From NCBI GenBank assembly GCA_026026165.1, contig JAPEUD010000015.1:310001-374000 (forward strand): a stretch of 64,000 bases of DNA, written 5' to 3'. Made by a program: the position numbers and the translations under genes. The stretch comes from Sarea resinae. Its lineage: Eukaryota. Below the pieces are notes generated by a model. It was not told where the DNA came from. It made no database searches and was given only the letters and a program-made list of their open reading frames with translations. Positions 13,046 to 26,435 of the stretch are shown in pieces (position 1 is the first letter of the stretch; each line of letters opens with the position of its first letter).

Positions 13046-15035
13046 ATGATGGACACCACCACTCCCCCCTTCATCATAACTCTCCCCCCAACCTCTCCCC
13101 ACAGCGGCACCCTCAAAGGACTCACCTTCATCGATCACCTGACAAACACACCAAGATGCCACCGTCTCACGGGCATCCCCTATGCGCTTCCCCCGACGGG
13201 TGCGCGCCGGTGGAAGAAGCCAGAGCCGCTCCCAGCGGGGTACTCGTACGGGACTGAAGAGCAACCGGGAGACTTTACCAAGATGGGACCGATTTGTCCA
13301 CAGCCTCCTTTTTCGCTGGACCCGGACGGGCCGGCCATGCCCCAGCCGGCAGGGGTAGAGTACGACGAAGATTGCCTGAGGGTCAATGTTTGGATTCCTG
13401 CGGGGGAGCCGCCTGTGGATGGCTGGCCCGTGTATTTTTATATCCGTGAGTGTTTGCTTTCTATTCTCGTCATGTTTACTGCGATGAGCTATGCGGGGAA
13501 AGAATGAAAGAAGTAGTTGTTTCAATCTCGTTGTTTGAAAGTCTTGTCTGAAATCAATTGTCATCAAAGACGGAGGCTTCCTCCAATACGGCTCCCCGAA
13601 CCTCACGCGCCAGCAAGACCCCGCGGATCTTATCTCTTCGACATCCGTGAAAGCCATCTTCGTCCTTCCCGCCTACCGCCTCAACATCTTCGGCTTCCTG
13701 GCCTCCGAAGAGCTCCGCCTAGACGCCTCGGGCGACCAGGTGTCGCCATCTGACGTCCCAGCGGCAGGCAACTTTGGCTTCTACGACCAACGTCTCGCCC
13801 TCGAATGGACTCACTCCCACATTTCGCACTTTGGCGGGAACGCCGCCGACATAACCGTAGGCGGCTACAGCGCCGGCGCGCACTCGGCCTTCTACCAACT
13901 CGCACACGAGCTCGCACTCCCCGTCACCGTTTCCCAGCCACCAATCATCCGGCGCGTCATCCTCCTCTCCAACTCGTCCGGGCCGCGTCCAAAGAGCCTC
14001 TCGGAGACCCGACCCCAATTCTCATCCCTTCTTGCCGCCCTCTCCATCCCGGCCTCTCTTCCGCCCCGCGAGAAGCTCTCGCGCCTCCGTGCCCTCCCTA
14101 GCGCCACTCTCCTCGCCGCCCTCAAGAGCCTACCAGCACGCTACCGTTCATTCCGCTCCGTCTCCGACGATGCCTTCATCCCACCTCGTCTCTTCAGCTC
14201 CCTCTCCACGGGTGCCTTCGCCGCGCTCGCCCGACAGCGCCGCATCGGCTTCCTGATCGGCCACGTGGCGCACGAGGAGAACTTCTACGGCCTCATGGCG
14301 CCGGTGCCGTCCTCGTACGTCTCGCTCGTCGAACGCCTGAGCGCCGAATTCGCCCGGCCCGCCGTCGAGGCCGTGCTGCCGCTCTATCTGCCGGCGTCGG
14401 CGTCCCAGCGCCGCTTGAGCAGCGATTTGCAGTTCTGGGCGGACCTCTACGGACGCGTCTATTCGGACCTGCAGATCCATATTCCGCAGCGCGGGCTCCT
14501 GGCCGCTCTGTCGTCGGCGTACGCATCACCGTCGCCCGCCCGGGAGGAGGCCGAGAAGCAGGCGGACACGAAGACGAAAACGGAGCCTGAGCCTCTAGAC
14601 CCGCAGCCAAGCATCCACAGGTACACGATCGCCTACCGCACCCTCAGCGCCGACCTGTCGATGCCGCGCGAGCTGGGCGTCACGCACGGCACCGACACCA
14701 CCAACATATGGTTCTACCCGCGGTCCGAACTGTCCGCCTCGGAACAAGCCATCGTGAAGACGTGGGTGGAGAGTACGTTGGGCGGATTCCTCGCCACCGG
14801 AACGGGTGGATTTGGATCCGGAGACGTCAATGTTGGTGGTGGTGTGGGCACGGAAGATGCAAAAGAGCAACGACAGTCACAGACGCCGACGCAAAACACA
14901 GATATCAAACACGTCAGGACGCTGATGCCGGACGGCACGATCCGGGACCAGACGGACGAGCGTTGGGGCTTTTTGCTCGCGGCCTGGCGCGTGCTCTTGG
15001 ATGTTGCGGCTGCGCAGGAGAAGGGGAGAAGCTGA
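13046..15035 (+). CDS. Type-B carboxylesterase (alpha/beta hydrolase)
   Basis: GIPYA, EDCLRVNVW, HGGFLQYG (formed across intron 13446-13569), YRLNIFGFL, GNFGFYDQ, nucleophile GYSAG, catalytic His in THGTD. Confidence 0.92.
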
Positions 15036-15199
15036 GTCTTTGAGCCTTGAGCCTTTAGCCTTGTTCGGATTCTCAGTATCCCAACTCTCTTTTCTCGCTC
15101 CGTACTCAGCTTTCTAGATCTAGAGAGATAGATAAAAAGCGTGGCATATAGACCTAGATGCGAGCAGAGCTGCAACCGCAATAACAGGGGGAAAAAAAG

Positions 15200-15601
15200 G
15201 GTCAGCTAGGCAGTGCCATAAATCTCGATGACGAAAACGCAACCGAAAAGTAAAAGCAAAAAGCAAAGAAAGAAATGATAAGGAGACAAGACCTAACACC
15301 CAACTTCCAACATCCAGCATCCCCAGCACTCTCAACGCCCTTGACACCCTTACCGCCACAAACCCACAAACCCCCCCAAAATGATCGCCATATTGCCAGA
15401 GCCGCAGATCGCCAGATACGCAGCCAAGTAGCCCAAACGCCGGTAGCCAGACGCCGGTAGCAGACCAAAACCCGAAAAACAAAAATAGTAAAACACGTCA
15501 TTTGTAGCTATCCATGGCTATCCATCCATCCATCCATCCATCCATCCATCCATCCATCTACCCGGTGATCAAGACGCGTTTCTTGCCTTCTAGTCGCTGC
15601 A

Positions 15602-15650
<49 letters not shown>

Positions 15651-16560
15651 GACACCTAAGCATTTGTGTAGGCCTCTAGGTCGTTTGTGTCTGTGTGAAG
15701 GTTTGTATTTAGGCTTCGTTTGTAGGTGTGCGCAAGGCATGCAGTAGAGGGGATAGGTGATCGGAGATAGGTATGAAGTAATTCAAGAATAAAGAGTAAG
15801 TGATACGAGACCGAGAGAGAGAGATAAGGGAGGAGAGAACACTATATTTGTATCAAGCAGAAGACTCAAACACGGGATATTTGAGAGGGTTAGAGTAAGA
15901 TCGGTAAAGAAGGACTAGAGGATACTCTAAGTATAGGGGTAGAGAATTAATTAACTAATTAACTAAACAATCGAATCGTCAACACCAGAGGACAGCAAAC
16001 AGCGAGTAGAGAATACATAGAATTAATAGTAGGATCTCAATGTTTATTCTTTCCTTTTAACTAAGAGAGAGAGAGAGAGAGGGGGGGAGAGAGATAGACA
16101 TTCTCTAGCTAGCTAGGGGAAGACTACTAAGTAGAGGACAAATGTAGCAGGACAAATATAAGAGAACAAAGAGAAACATATTGATAGAGGACAGCTAGAT
16201 ATAGGTTAGACGGATAGACAGAAGACAATAGATAGATGAAGATAAGTAGGTAGATAGACAATAAGAGGAGTATTAATAGACAGTAGGTAGTACGTAGAAG
16301 GCAGTCGATAGTAAGTAAGGTAGGTAGGAGGTACTTACTTAGACCGCATCTGCTCATTGGATTAGATTGGATTGGATTAGACCTGCAAGTGCAAGTGCAA
16401 GTGCAAGTGCAAGGGATATTTAGGGATATACAGTGATAAAGCTACACATACTCATACAACACAGGCCAACTTACTACGAGCCTCTAGCCCCTAGCCCCGA
16501 GCCGTGAGTCCCGAGCTCTGAGCCCGATTCCCAATCCAGATATACTCGTATGAGCATGAG
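15200..16560. repeat. Microsatellite / TpA-rich island between convergent esterase and F-box genes
   Basis: (ATCC)n 15520-15558, (TC)n 15608-15648, (GA)n ~16064-16092, (GCAAGT)n ~16385-16412, degenerate TAGA/TAGG runs. Confidence 0.85.
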
Positions 16561-17046
16561 CCGTGTATAGGACCGTTCGTTGCTATTGAACTTTTTCAAT
16601 TGGTTCCGTCTACGGCATCTAGCAAGCTAGCTATACACGCCCATACCATGCATCCATGCATCTTTAGACTAGTGACCAGACAGACGCCAACACGATCTGA
16701 TCCAATCCAGTCATTTCCAATCTTCATGCGCGTCGTTCCTTGTCCAAGACTTCTTGACTCCTTGACGCATAAATGCAAACGAGAGACAAAGTAGGGAAGA
16801 GAAAAGTGGACCTGGACGAGTAAACCAAAACAAGAATGACTGGCTTACAAAACTGGATCCGATACTTCTGGGCCTCTTGCCAAAAGAAGGTGGGGCGTAT
16901 GTATGAGAGTGCAGGGAAAGAAATGGAAATCAAAGGACTTCCAAAAGACTGGGCCAGATCATCCAATCCTTGAAACAATTGCATCGATGGACGACAAAAG
17001 GAATTGCAGAGGGAGGGAGGAGTGTAAGACAAGGCAAACGAGACGA

Positions 17047-19353
17047 TCAGACCTGGAATGGCAGAGATCGGAGCGGGTTAAGCACCGGGCTGCTGTTGTC
17101 CTTGGTAGAATATTTATCCTCAATATCCCGGTCGCTACCACCACCACCGTCGCCCCTGGACTGTACCCGATTCTCCTTATTCCTATCCTGGTGCCCGTCG
17201 ACGAACTGACCCCACTCCCTATTCCTCTCCTTAGCCGGAGACGGGATCGGTGAGACTTTATGCTTGGACACAGTTGGATACTCGATGAGCAGCCACTCCT
17301 TGGGCCCCTCCTGGACCTCATCCTCCTTCTCCACTCCCGCCTCAATCGTCCGCGCTACGGCCGCCACTGCATCGCTCACTTCCCAAGGCTTGATGAAGAC
17401 CCATCTCGGCCCCTGACGCTGGAACCGCAAACGGTCCATGTCGAAGCCCCAGCCAACGACGCCCACAGCCAGCGTCTCGAGTCGGGGCATCATGATGCGG
17501 AAGCGGTAGCGGAAGAAATGGGTCCAGACGTGCGGGTCCGGCTTGTGGCGAAAGACAATCTCCCAAGTCCTCAGATGCTCGAAGAGCGGCGGTCGGACCT
17601 CGGGCTCTTGGTCGTCGAGTTCATAGAACAGAGGTTCGAAGAACAGAGGGAGATCCTCGAGGTCGACGTTCGCTGTGATCGACACGTGGCGCAGTCCTCG
17701 ACAGTGCCGGCCGAGCGACACTAGCGTCTGCGTCGTGAGCCAGTTTCCTTGCGTGTGCAGAGCAAATCTCTCGAGCAGTGGCAGTCGCTGGACAACTTCC
17801 TCGATCGTGGCGTCAAAAATATCGGGTGCGAATGGGTTCCGAAACGGCAAGTGCGTCATAGGCCCTCGTTCATGCTGTCTCGCGCTTTGGAGGAGACCGA
17901 ACCAGACGGCTCGCGAGGTTGGTGCAGCGGTGAGGATGAGATTTCTGAGCTTCCGGCACTGAATAGAGAGAACGACAAGGCCAACCGCAAAGATGCCGCA
18001 GTCGCGGTCCTCGGTATTTGCAAAGTAGATGGTAAGATCATAGAGTTTTCGACACCGAGCGACCATTTCGAGGACCCTGCTCGAGACGCCTATGAGCATC
18101 AACTTCAGGGTCTCGAGATGGGGCAGATGATGAGACAGGACGTCGAAATCGTTCTCCGTCATACTGACTTCGAGGCAGCGCAAGGCGTGGAACGGTGGAC
18201 GATCTAGGTTGAGGATCTCCGGGATCCAGCTCGGATCGATGCACCCCATGTGCAGGGCTTGCAGGTTGTCGCGTTCTGCTAGATGGGCGAAAACGCATCG
18301 AGTGACGAGATCATCATGTGCATAGCGAACATGTACGACGCTAATGGATGATAGAGCTTCCAGCAGCATCAAAAAGTTCCGTCGACCGACTGGTATGGGT
18401 TTTTGAAGATCGTGGGACCTGATGACGATCCTTTGTAGATTGAAACATTGCTGCTAGAGACGGTCAGCGAAAGTCCTGTGACTTCAACGAATTTGATGCT
18501 GTGAACTCGACTTAGAGCTAGATTGTGAGTAGCCTCCACGAAATCATCATACACCAAGTCATATTGGAAAAAAACTCACCCTTAGAGCTTTGATCGTGTA
18601 GTGCGAAATCTCATCTTCCCATATCCGCAATGAACGCAGTCCGGGCGTAAGATACTCCGCAAGCCTGAGATCCATGCTTATCGGACGATTCCAGGTATTG
18701 ATCTCCTCCAGCTTCTCAAAGCGCAGTCCCGAGAGAAGCTTCCGGGATGAGGGGTCCACCAAGTCGACGATATTGAGCTCTCGAATCTTATCAGCGTACC
18801 ATTGCATTCGCGATGGCCAGTAGATCGACAGTGACAACAGATCATGAATGCTGGGCACTCGGTCGGATCGAAGCTGATGGGCACGATCCTCCTGCGTGTA
18901 CTTGGAGAGAGGCTCCAGATATGGACCGCGCGAGTACTCAAAAATGGACGCCAGATAGGGAGGACCTTGCAAAACAGGCTCTCCGCAGGTTTGCCATAGA
19001 TATGAAGTGGCTTCCGTGGCCCACAATCTGTTGACTTGCGCGCAGGCGAGGAGAATTTCCGAATCGTGCTGCAGGAAGCCGAGGATGATGGACAGGAATT
19101 CAGATGTTTCAATCGGCGAGGAGCTGGCCTTGAGAAATTTGGATCGAAAGCTACGAGAGCAATTGCGGACCCACTTCAGGACGATGTCAGGAAAGCCGAC
19201 TCGATCCAGCGAACGGACGCGCTTCGCCGGTTGCATCTCACCATGCCGTATAATACACGGTCCTCGGGGACGCATAGGCCGTGGATTTCTCATTGGAATT
19301 GCAAAGGGATCAACATAGGCGTGGACGGTATCCATCCTGCTTCTGAGATCCAT
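17047..19353 (-). CDS. F-box-like / LRR (RNI-like) protein
   Basis: F-box-like segment EFLSIILGFLQHDSEILLACAQVNRLWATEATSYLW, then LxxLxL repeats (LPHLETLKL, CRKLYDLTI, CRGLRHVSI). Intron 18454-18579 (GTGAGT..GCTGAC..TAG) joins the two ORFs in frame. Confidence 0.7.
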
Positions 19354-22300
19354 GTTTGAGGACGAGGTGATAAAAAGGGACGTGTTTGGGCGATGAATCT
19401 ATAGCCATATTGAACAGGAAGAAAAGCAATAAAGACGCGACGATTATTGAATGGCTTGACAGAATTGGTAGTTGCTCTCTGAAGCAGTGTCTGCGTCGCC
19501 ATGTCTTCTTTGGGGCAAGAGAAACATCGAAAAGGAAAGCGCAATTGACATGTACTGGTTCGAAAGGATCGAACTTTTGGTAGAGGGAGTGGACAAAATA
19601 GTGACTTCCTTCGCTCGCACGAAGCTAGATTACCAGAAAATCGCATTGAAAGACAGGATGAAGGGCGTAGAGCGACGTTTCGTCCTCTTCAGATCTGAAA
19701 TCATACTCTTAATTGGAGAAACACCGTTCTGTGAAAGCATGCATCAGAGTACACTGATGGTGATTTTCTCGAACGGTCAGCCAGATCACATGATCATCAA
19801 GAGTAGCAGCCGTCAGTAGGAGTGCTGCACTCCAGCCAGTATCAGTAGTCCTATCGCTTTTTGATGTCAACTCAACATAGGCGGTCATTGATGAAGTGAT
19901 TGTTATTAGTATGGCATAGTATAGCAGACGGGTGCTGTAATACGGCCTTCAGAGACCTACGGCTGTCAAAAGGACCATGACCATAGCAGTCACATTCATC
20001 CCTCGACTTGCGAGTCTCGGGTGTCCAGCTTCTTCATGGATGCCAAGACACGGATGGCCTTTGGTACGCAATGATGCATGATCCAACGTCCAAAGAAGAA
20101 GGTACTTCAGATGAGGAGGGATGGTGACCTCTGATGCTCCAGACAACATAACGTGGATGACATGGTTATCAGATGCAGCGATGCTGTTGAGAATCAAGGA
20201 TGAAGCCTTGACATAAGAGACGGGAGTTGCGTGCATGAACGACGCACGAATCAGACGGGCCAGAGACTACTCCGGAGTATGAAGTACTCTGAGGCGCATC
20301 CGCATCGGTGCTGAGATGGGATTGTGGGTGGTGATGGCGACAAGGCAAGGGGAGGGCGGGATACCACGTGGGGTCAACATCATGGATGGCCTAATCCGAA
20401 TCGCCCCGTCCTTGATCGTACCCGTACTCGACAGTACGCTGTGCTTTTCCTTACTAATGCTTTTCACTTGTTCATCTGCTCTAGATACCCCATCGAGACG
20501 GTACTAGAATCCTGTCTGGTCAATACCTGGTAGGTAGTAGTCGAGAGTCGACGGAGAATTCCAGGTTGAGCTGCGAGGACTTTCCCCACCGCTCGGTGAG
20601 ACTTGTGGCGATAAGGAGATTATCATCAGAAGTTCTTCGTGCATGTATTCGTAGCGTGCGATCTTCTACCTACCCTACCTAGGTACTGAGACTAACGTCA
20701 GGTACAGGTACTTGCCGCCACCCCAGACGCCCCCTACCAGAGCAAAGTCGAGGGACCGCTGATCCTGGGCAAGGAACGTCCCCTCAGGCGAAAGAAACAT
20801 GCAGCTCCCCCTGCTCCCCTTTGCTCCCCCTGGACCGGCCGCCAGATTCAGGGTCCAAGACCTCGACCTCTGTCCGTCGCTAAGCCCAACAAAAAGCTGA
20901 CTCGCCGACCAAGTCGAGCAAGCCCGTGTAGAGTACCCAAGGTGACCACCCAAGTGCTGCTGTCCGGCAAGTATTCCCAACCAAACCAGCAGCACCTACT
21001 GGAAGAAGGCAACGTACTCGTACCGTGGAAGTACAGAGTTCTGTCCCTGGGAGACTCGTCGTCTGCAGGGACCAAGGACCAAAGACCACCGCCCAGGCGA
21101 ATCAATACTGTACCTACCTAGTACGCCGTACTCCTAGTAGTCGACGGTCCAGAGGTGCCCCCTTTGAACCGACGTAGCCGTGTCGGTGGTCCGTGGTACC
21201 CGTTCGCTCGCTGGTGGCCAGAAAGGGCCTTCACATGCGAATCGCGGAGAGATCTACCAGCACCTCGATACTGGGTAAGGTTATCTGCAAATGAGATTGC
21301 CATGTTTGCCAGAGCAGGGCCCCATGGATCACAGATCCGATTGAGCGTCCACTGGATCGAGATGTCTTCCTCACGAGCACCAACTGTTTGCAGCACGGGC
21401 CGCAGCCATGTACTGAAGCGACTACCTCCAGCAGAGAATCAAATGGCCGAGTTGCAGTGTCGGTGATATCCACGGTCAGTCCCGAACCTGGCGGAGCCGT
21501 CCAGAGAGCGCGGGACCGAAGGGATCGCCATGAGTTTCGCGATAACGGAGATCTGTTGGGCCACGGGCCAGTGCACGAGAGACAGCACCAGTACTGTACC
21601 TGCAGTGTCACTAGTGGAGGCGTGGGCCAGAAGTACCGCGTAAGTAGAGTACCTCCCTACTCTCCTGTACCGCAGCCAAGCACACCGGCCAAGGACCTTA
21701 CTCTCGTACCGGCCAAGTGCCCAGACCGGTGTGCTCCACGTCCAGACTCCAGCTCCACCAGCTCAGCAGCAGGAGGCAAATGATAAGACGACCATTACGA
21801 CCATGTCGAGCCGACGCCTGCCCGCACGGCTCGAGGGGCCGAGAGATGAAAGGCGGTGGGACTGGTCACCCCACAAACCAGATCATTTTGCCATTGCATC
21901 TGTCTCTTGTTGTCTTCTGTTCTCCGCCGCCGACTGATGGACATGGTCTTTCGCGGTGTTGTTGGCTGTCATCGATGGATTATGTTGAGTCGCAGGACTG
22001 GGCCGGAGACGTGCCCGGCACCAGAGGATAGGTCGGATTAAACGTTGAGCGGCTGACGACATGACATGTGGGAGAGAGCGGAGAGATCAGAGATCAGAGA
22101 TCAGAGCTTCCGAGCTCAAAGCTCAATGCGAGCGACAGGGCGACAGGGAGACAGGGAGACAGGGAGACAACGAGACAAGGAGACCAGTTGGAGGGACAAC
22201 AGACATTCATCCATTGTCTGTGACCGCGTATCAGGGCTGTACTGAGAGTCCGACAGACCTCTCTCGTTCTCGCCACCCCTTTGAATTTCCCTCCTTTATC

Positions 22301-22937
22301 TACGTCCGCTACCCAAGGTACCTTAGCTGAGAGCCTTCGATGAGGATGAGAGTTGAGTAGAGTAGAATGTCTGGTAGCACTGGGAATTGGCGAGGGGAGC
22401 GAGTGAAGTGGTGGGGTCCACGCTCGGTAAGGCTACCAGGGGAGACACTCTAGACTGCAGGTAGCGGTACAGTGCAGTACCAAGGTAGACACGACTTGCG
22501 CCCGATCGCCAGAGAGAAGGGCCTGCAAGTGAAAGAGTGAAAGCGTGAAAGAGTCGGTTTCGCCGCCGCCAAGCTGCAGCAGTAGTACGGCCTAGTCGCG
22601 CTCGTTACGGCGGTACGGTAGCACTAAGTCCAGGTACCTTGGTGCCCTTCGCTCGGCCTCGTCGTTCCTTGCCTGAACTGCCTGCACTGCCTGCACTGCC
22701 TGAACTTTTCTCTCGCGCTGGAGCTCCTTCACTTTGGGTTAGTGAGAAAAGGTGTTCGATCGTTCAACTCTACCGCCATAAAGCTCAGGGAGAGACCACT
22801 TTTCCAGCCGCCGTCCTTCTTCCTGCCCGTCTCTCCAATCCATCCCTCTCCACTCCCTCATTCCTTCATTCCCTCACTTTTCGACTTGGTTCGCCTGCCT
22901 TGCAGCTCCAATTGGTGCGGTGTGGCAGCTCGTTGAG

Positions 22938-22988
22938 GTGAGTGTGGACAGACTTCCCAACATTGTCATATGCTAATCAACCCTGCAG
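22938..22988 (+). other. 5'-UTR intron of the delta-12 desaturase gene
   Basis: GAG|GTGAGT donor, GCTAAT branch, TGCAG acceptor about 130 nt upstream of ATG 23121. Confidence 0.7.
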
Positions 22989-23120
22989 CTGAGAACGCCC
23001 TCCTTCGACATACGTCTGTCGACCGAGCCTCGACAACTCTGTTCTACCCTCCATCGAGTGTGCATTCTCTGGAAGAAGCCTCTTTGCATCATTTCAAAGT
23101 GCTCCCTCTTCCCTCTGAAA

Positions 23121-24695
23121 ATGGCAACCACGACAGCTCTCCCGAAGAAGACCGTCCTTCAGAGGTCGATCACGACGGAGTCGGTGCCCTCGTCTTCTAC
23201 TCCTTCAGTGTCCGTCTCACCAATCGATTCGCCTACGCACTCCGCATCCTCGACATCTCTCTCTTCCCTTGCCTCGGCCGACGATCTTGAGGTCAAGCCC
23301 AGGCGTGGTCGACTGCTTGATACGTATGGAAACGAATTCGAGATCCCGGATTTCACCATCAAGCAGATCCGTGATGCTATTCCGGCACACTGCTTCAATC
23401 GATCGGCCGTGCGTGGTCTTCTGTACGTTGCTAGAGACTTGCTTTACCTCGCCACGACCTTTTACGTTTTCCATAACTTCGTGACGCCCGAGTACATCGC
23501 CTCCAAGCCCGTCCGTGCGGGTCTGTGGGCGGTCTACACCGTCCTGCAAGGTCTCTTCGGCACTGGCATCTGGGTCTTGGCCCACGAATGTGGTCATCAA
23601 GCTTTCTCGAGCTCCAAGGTGTTGAACGATACCGTCGGCTGGGTGCTGCACTCGTCGCTCTTGGTTCCATACTTTTCGTGGAAGATCTCGCATGGAAAGC
23701 ATCACAAGGCTACCGGTCATCTGGAGCGCGACATGGTGTTCGTTCCCAAGACGAGGCAGCAGTACGCCAACCGTGTGGGCGTGCTCGTGCACGAGGTCTC
23801 CGAACTGATGGAGGAGACACCCATTGCGACGGCCATTCACATGTTCAGCCAACAGATCGGCGGCTGGATCATGTATCTGTCGACCAATGTCACCGGACAC
23901 AACTTCCACGAGCGTCAACGCGAGGGTCGCGGAAAGGGCAAGTCGAACGGCTACTTTGGTGGGGTCAACCATTTCAACCCGCACAGCCCCCTGTACGAGG
24001 CCAAGGATGAGAAATTGATCCTGCTGAGCGATCTGGGTCTGGCAATCATGGGCGGGATCCTGTTCCTGCTTGGTCAGAAGTTCGGCTGGTCCAACATGGC
24101 CGTTTGGTACTTTGTCCCGTATCTCTGGGTGAACCACTGGCTAGGTTAGTTTTCTTCCATCATGTCCCAAAGCCAAGCTAACTCTCAATCAGTCGCCATC
24201 ACCTACCTTCAACACACGGACCCGTCTCTGCCGCACTACGAAGCCGACACCTGGACGTTTACGCGGGGGGCCGCGGCCACGATCGACCGCGAATTCGGCT
24301 TCATCGGCCGCTCGCTCATGCACGGCATCATCGAGACGCACGTGCTGCACCACTACATCAGCACGATCCCCTTCTACCACGCCGACGAGGCCTCGGCGGC
24401 GATCCAGCCCGTCATGGGCAAGCACTACCGCGCCGACGTCGAGGGCGGCAGCATCGGCTTCCTCCGCAGCATGTGGAAGTCGGCGCGCATGTGCCAGTGG
24501 ATCGAGCCGTCGGCCGAGGCGCAGGGCGAGGGCCGCGGTGTCTTGTTCTTCCGGAACCACAACGGGCTGGGCGTGCCGCCGATCAAGATGACCAAGGGCC
24601 AGACGTCGGTCCTGGAGGCGATTCCCGAGTCTCCGGTCGCCGCGGCCGTGGCGGCCAAGTCGCCGGTGGGGAAGAAGGTCGAGGTGGCTGCGTAG
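23121..24695 (+). CDS. odeA: Oleate delta-12 fatty acid desaturase (FAD2/OdeA-type)
   Basis: Three His boxes HECGH, HGKHH, HVLHH; PDFTIKQIRDAIPAHCF. Intron 24145-24192 gives NHWL-VAITYLQHTD. Confidence 0.94.
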
Positions 24696-24699
24696 TCGG

Positions 24700-26430
24700 G
24701 TGTCATGTCGTGTCAGGAGGGGCATTTCATCTTTTTGTCCCTTTTTCTTCTCTTCTGCCTGCTGTTTCCGGTTGCTTTCCTTGTGTTTTCTTTTCTCTCT
24801 TCGAATAAAACGATCGATAGATATATTCAACCAATGATAGATGGGAGCCAGCGAAGAAAACATAGTCATAGACCGAAATGCAGACCTTTGTCTCTTTTCT
24901 CTTCTCTTCGTGATGATGATGATGATGATGATGATCAATCATATCGGGGGCGGTGGTGCCGTGATCTCGTCTCATCTCGGATGGCCGTTTCCTCGTCTCG
25001 TCTCGTCTCATGTCGTATGGCCATCTACTCGTCTGGCCGTCTCGTCGTCTCGTCCCGTCAGGTGGTCTCGTCGTGTCCTCCGGTCACCTACCTACATAAC
25101 AGTCGTCTGGTCATCTCGTGTGCTCTCTGTCTGGTCTAGTCTGGTCTGGTCAGGAAAAGCCAGTCTCGTTCTTCTCTTCTATTTCTCTAGCCATGCTACA
25201 AATACCATTGTGTACGATTATGGTGACGATTTGGGTCTAGTAGGATAGGATGGGATGGGATGGGAGAGGATGGGAGAGGATGGGAGAGGATGGGATAGGA
25301 TGGGATGGGATAATATCTACTACACGACTCTACTGTACTCTATTCTATTCTACTCTACTACTCTCCTCTACTACTCTTACGTACTACAACATAAGATAAT
25401 ACAACACAGTATACCTAGTATAACACAGTATACCTAGTATACCCAGTATAGTATAGTATAGTATAATACACCATCACAAACACACTAGAGAGAGTAGTGG
25501 TCCTATAATCAACTAATCGATTAAAGGGTTTTAGAGTAGAGTAGAGTTGAGTAGAATAAAAAAAAGAAAAGAAGAGAAAAGAAGAGAAGAGAAGAGAAGA
25601 GAAGAGAAGAGAAGAGAAGAGAAGAGAAGAGAAGAGAAAAGAAAAAGAAGAGCAGAAAGGTCTAATAAGGAGAGGAGAGGAGAGGTCTAGCAAGGTAAGG
25701 TAAGGTAAGGAAAAGAGAATCGAGAATCGAGAAAAGGAGAGGAGAGGGGTAGGGTAATATATAATAGGTCCAATGATATTTCCATCCATGTGATTGGGTG
25801 TTAGTGTTGGTTTATCTTATCTTATATACCTAACCTTACCTGTTATATCCTGTCAAGTACTATAATAGACGAAAAAGGCGAGAAAGAGACAAGGAGAGAG
25901 AGGATCGGAGGAGGGGAGAGAGAATGGGAGTGGAATAGGAGAGGACTACATGACACTACATCATACAAGACATCACAACACACAGAAGACACAACAGACA
26001 GAAGATAACACACATCAATTATCATCTATCGACATGGATCCCCGCTCATTCTAATGAAGCTCATTTGGTAAGGAACACAAGACGCATTTATCAGAGACTT
26101 ATCCATCAGAAAAGAAGAAGAAAGAAGAGAGAAGAAGGAAAAAGAAGACACGTCCCGCACCAATCCGTTCAGGTGCCGCCTGCCGTGCAAAACAAAACGC
26201 TTGGAGATGCGAAGACACGGAAACTCGATACCAAAACCGCGAGCGTAAAAAACCTCGATACAAGCCGGGTGAGATATAGAAAAAGCAGAGAAGAAAGAGT
26301 ATCGAAAACCTCACTCCTCTTCCTCGTCTTCCCTCCCGTGCCTTCCATCATCTCTACGCTCGTCTTCCCCTCTCACCCCCCCCTCCTGAACCGAAACCGA
26401 AACCGAAGCCCAACCCAAACCCGACCCAAT
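24700..26430. repeat. Microsatellite / TpA-rich island between convergent desaturase and ARMC8 genes
   Basis: (GAT)n ~24912-24935, degenerate (TCTCG)n ~24965-25070, (GGATG/GGAGA)n ~25247-25310, (TACTC/TATAG)n 25320-25465, (GAGAA)n ~25582-25638. Confidence 0.88.
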
Positions 26431-26435
26431 TAAAA

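Noticed and set aside
19400..22900. Short ORFs in the F-box/desaturase divergent region
   Set aside because: No motifs, mostly non-ATG starts, overlapping on both strands; read as a long promoter.
23217..24938. Long antisense ORFs over the desaturase (306 aa and 249 aa)
   Set aside because: Shadow ORFs caused by GC-biased codon usage on the sense strand.
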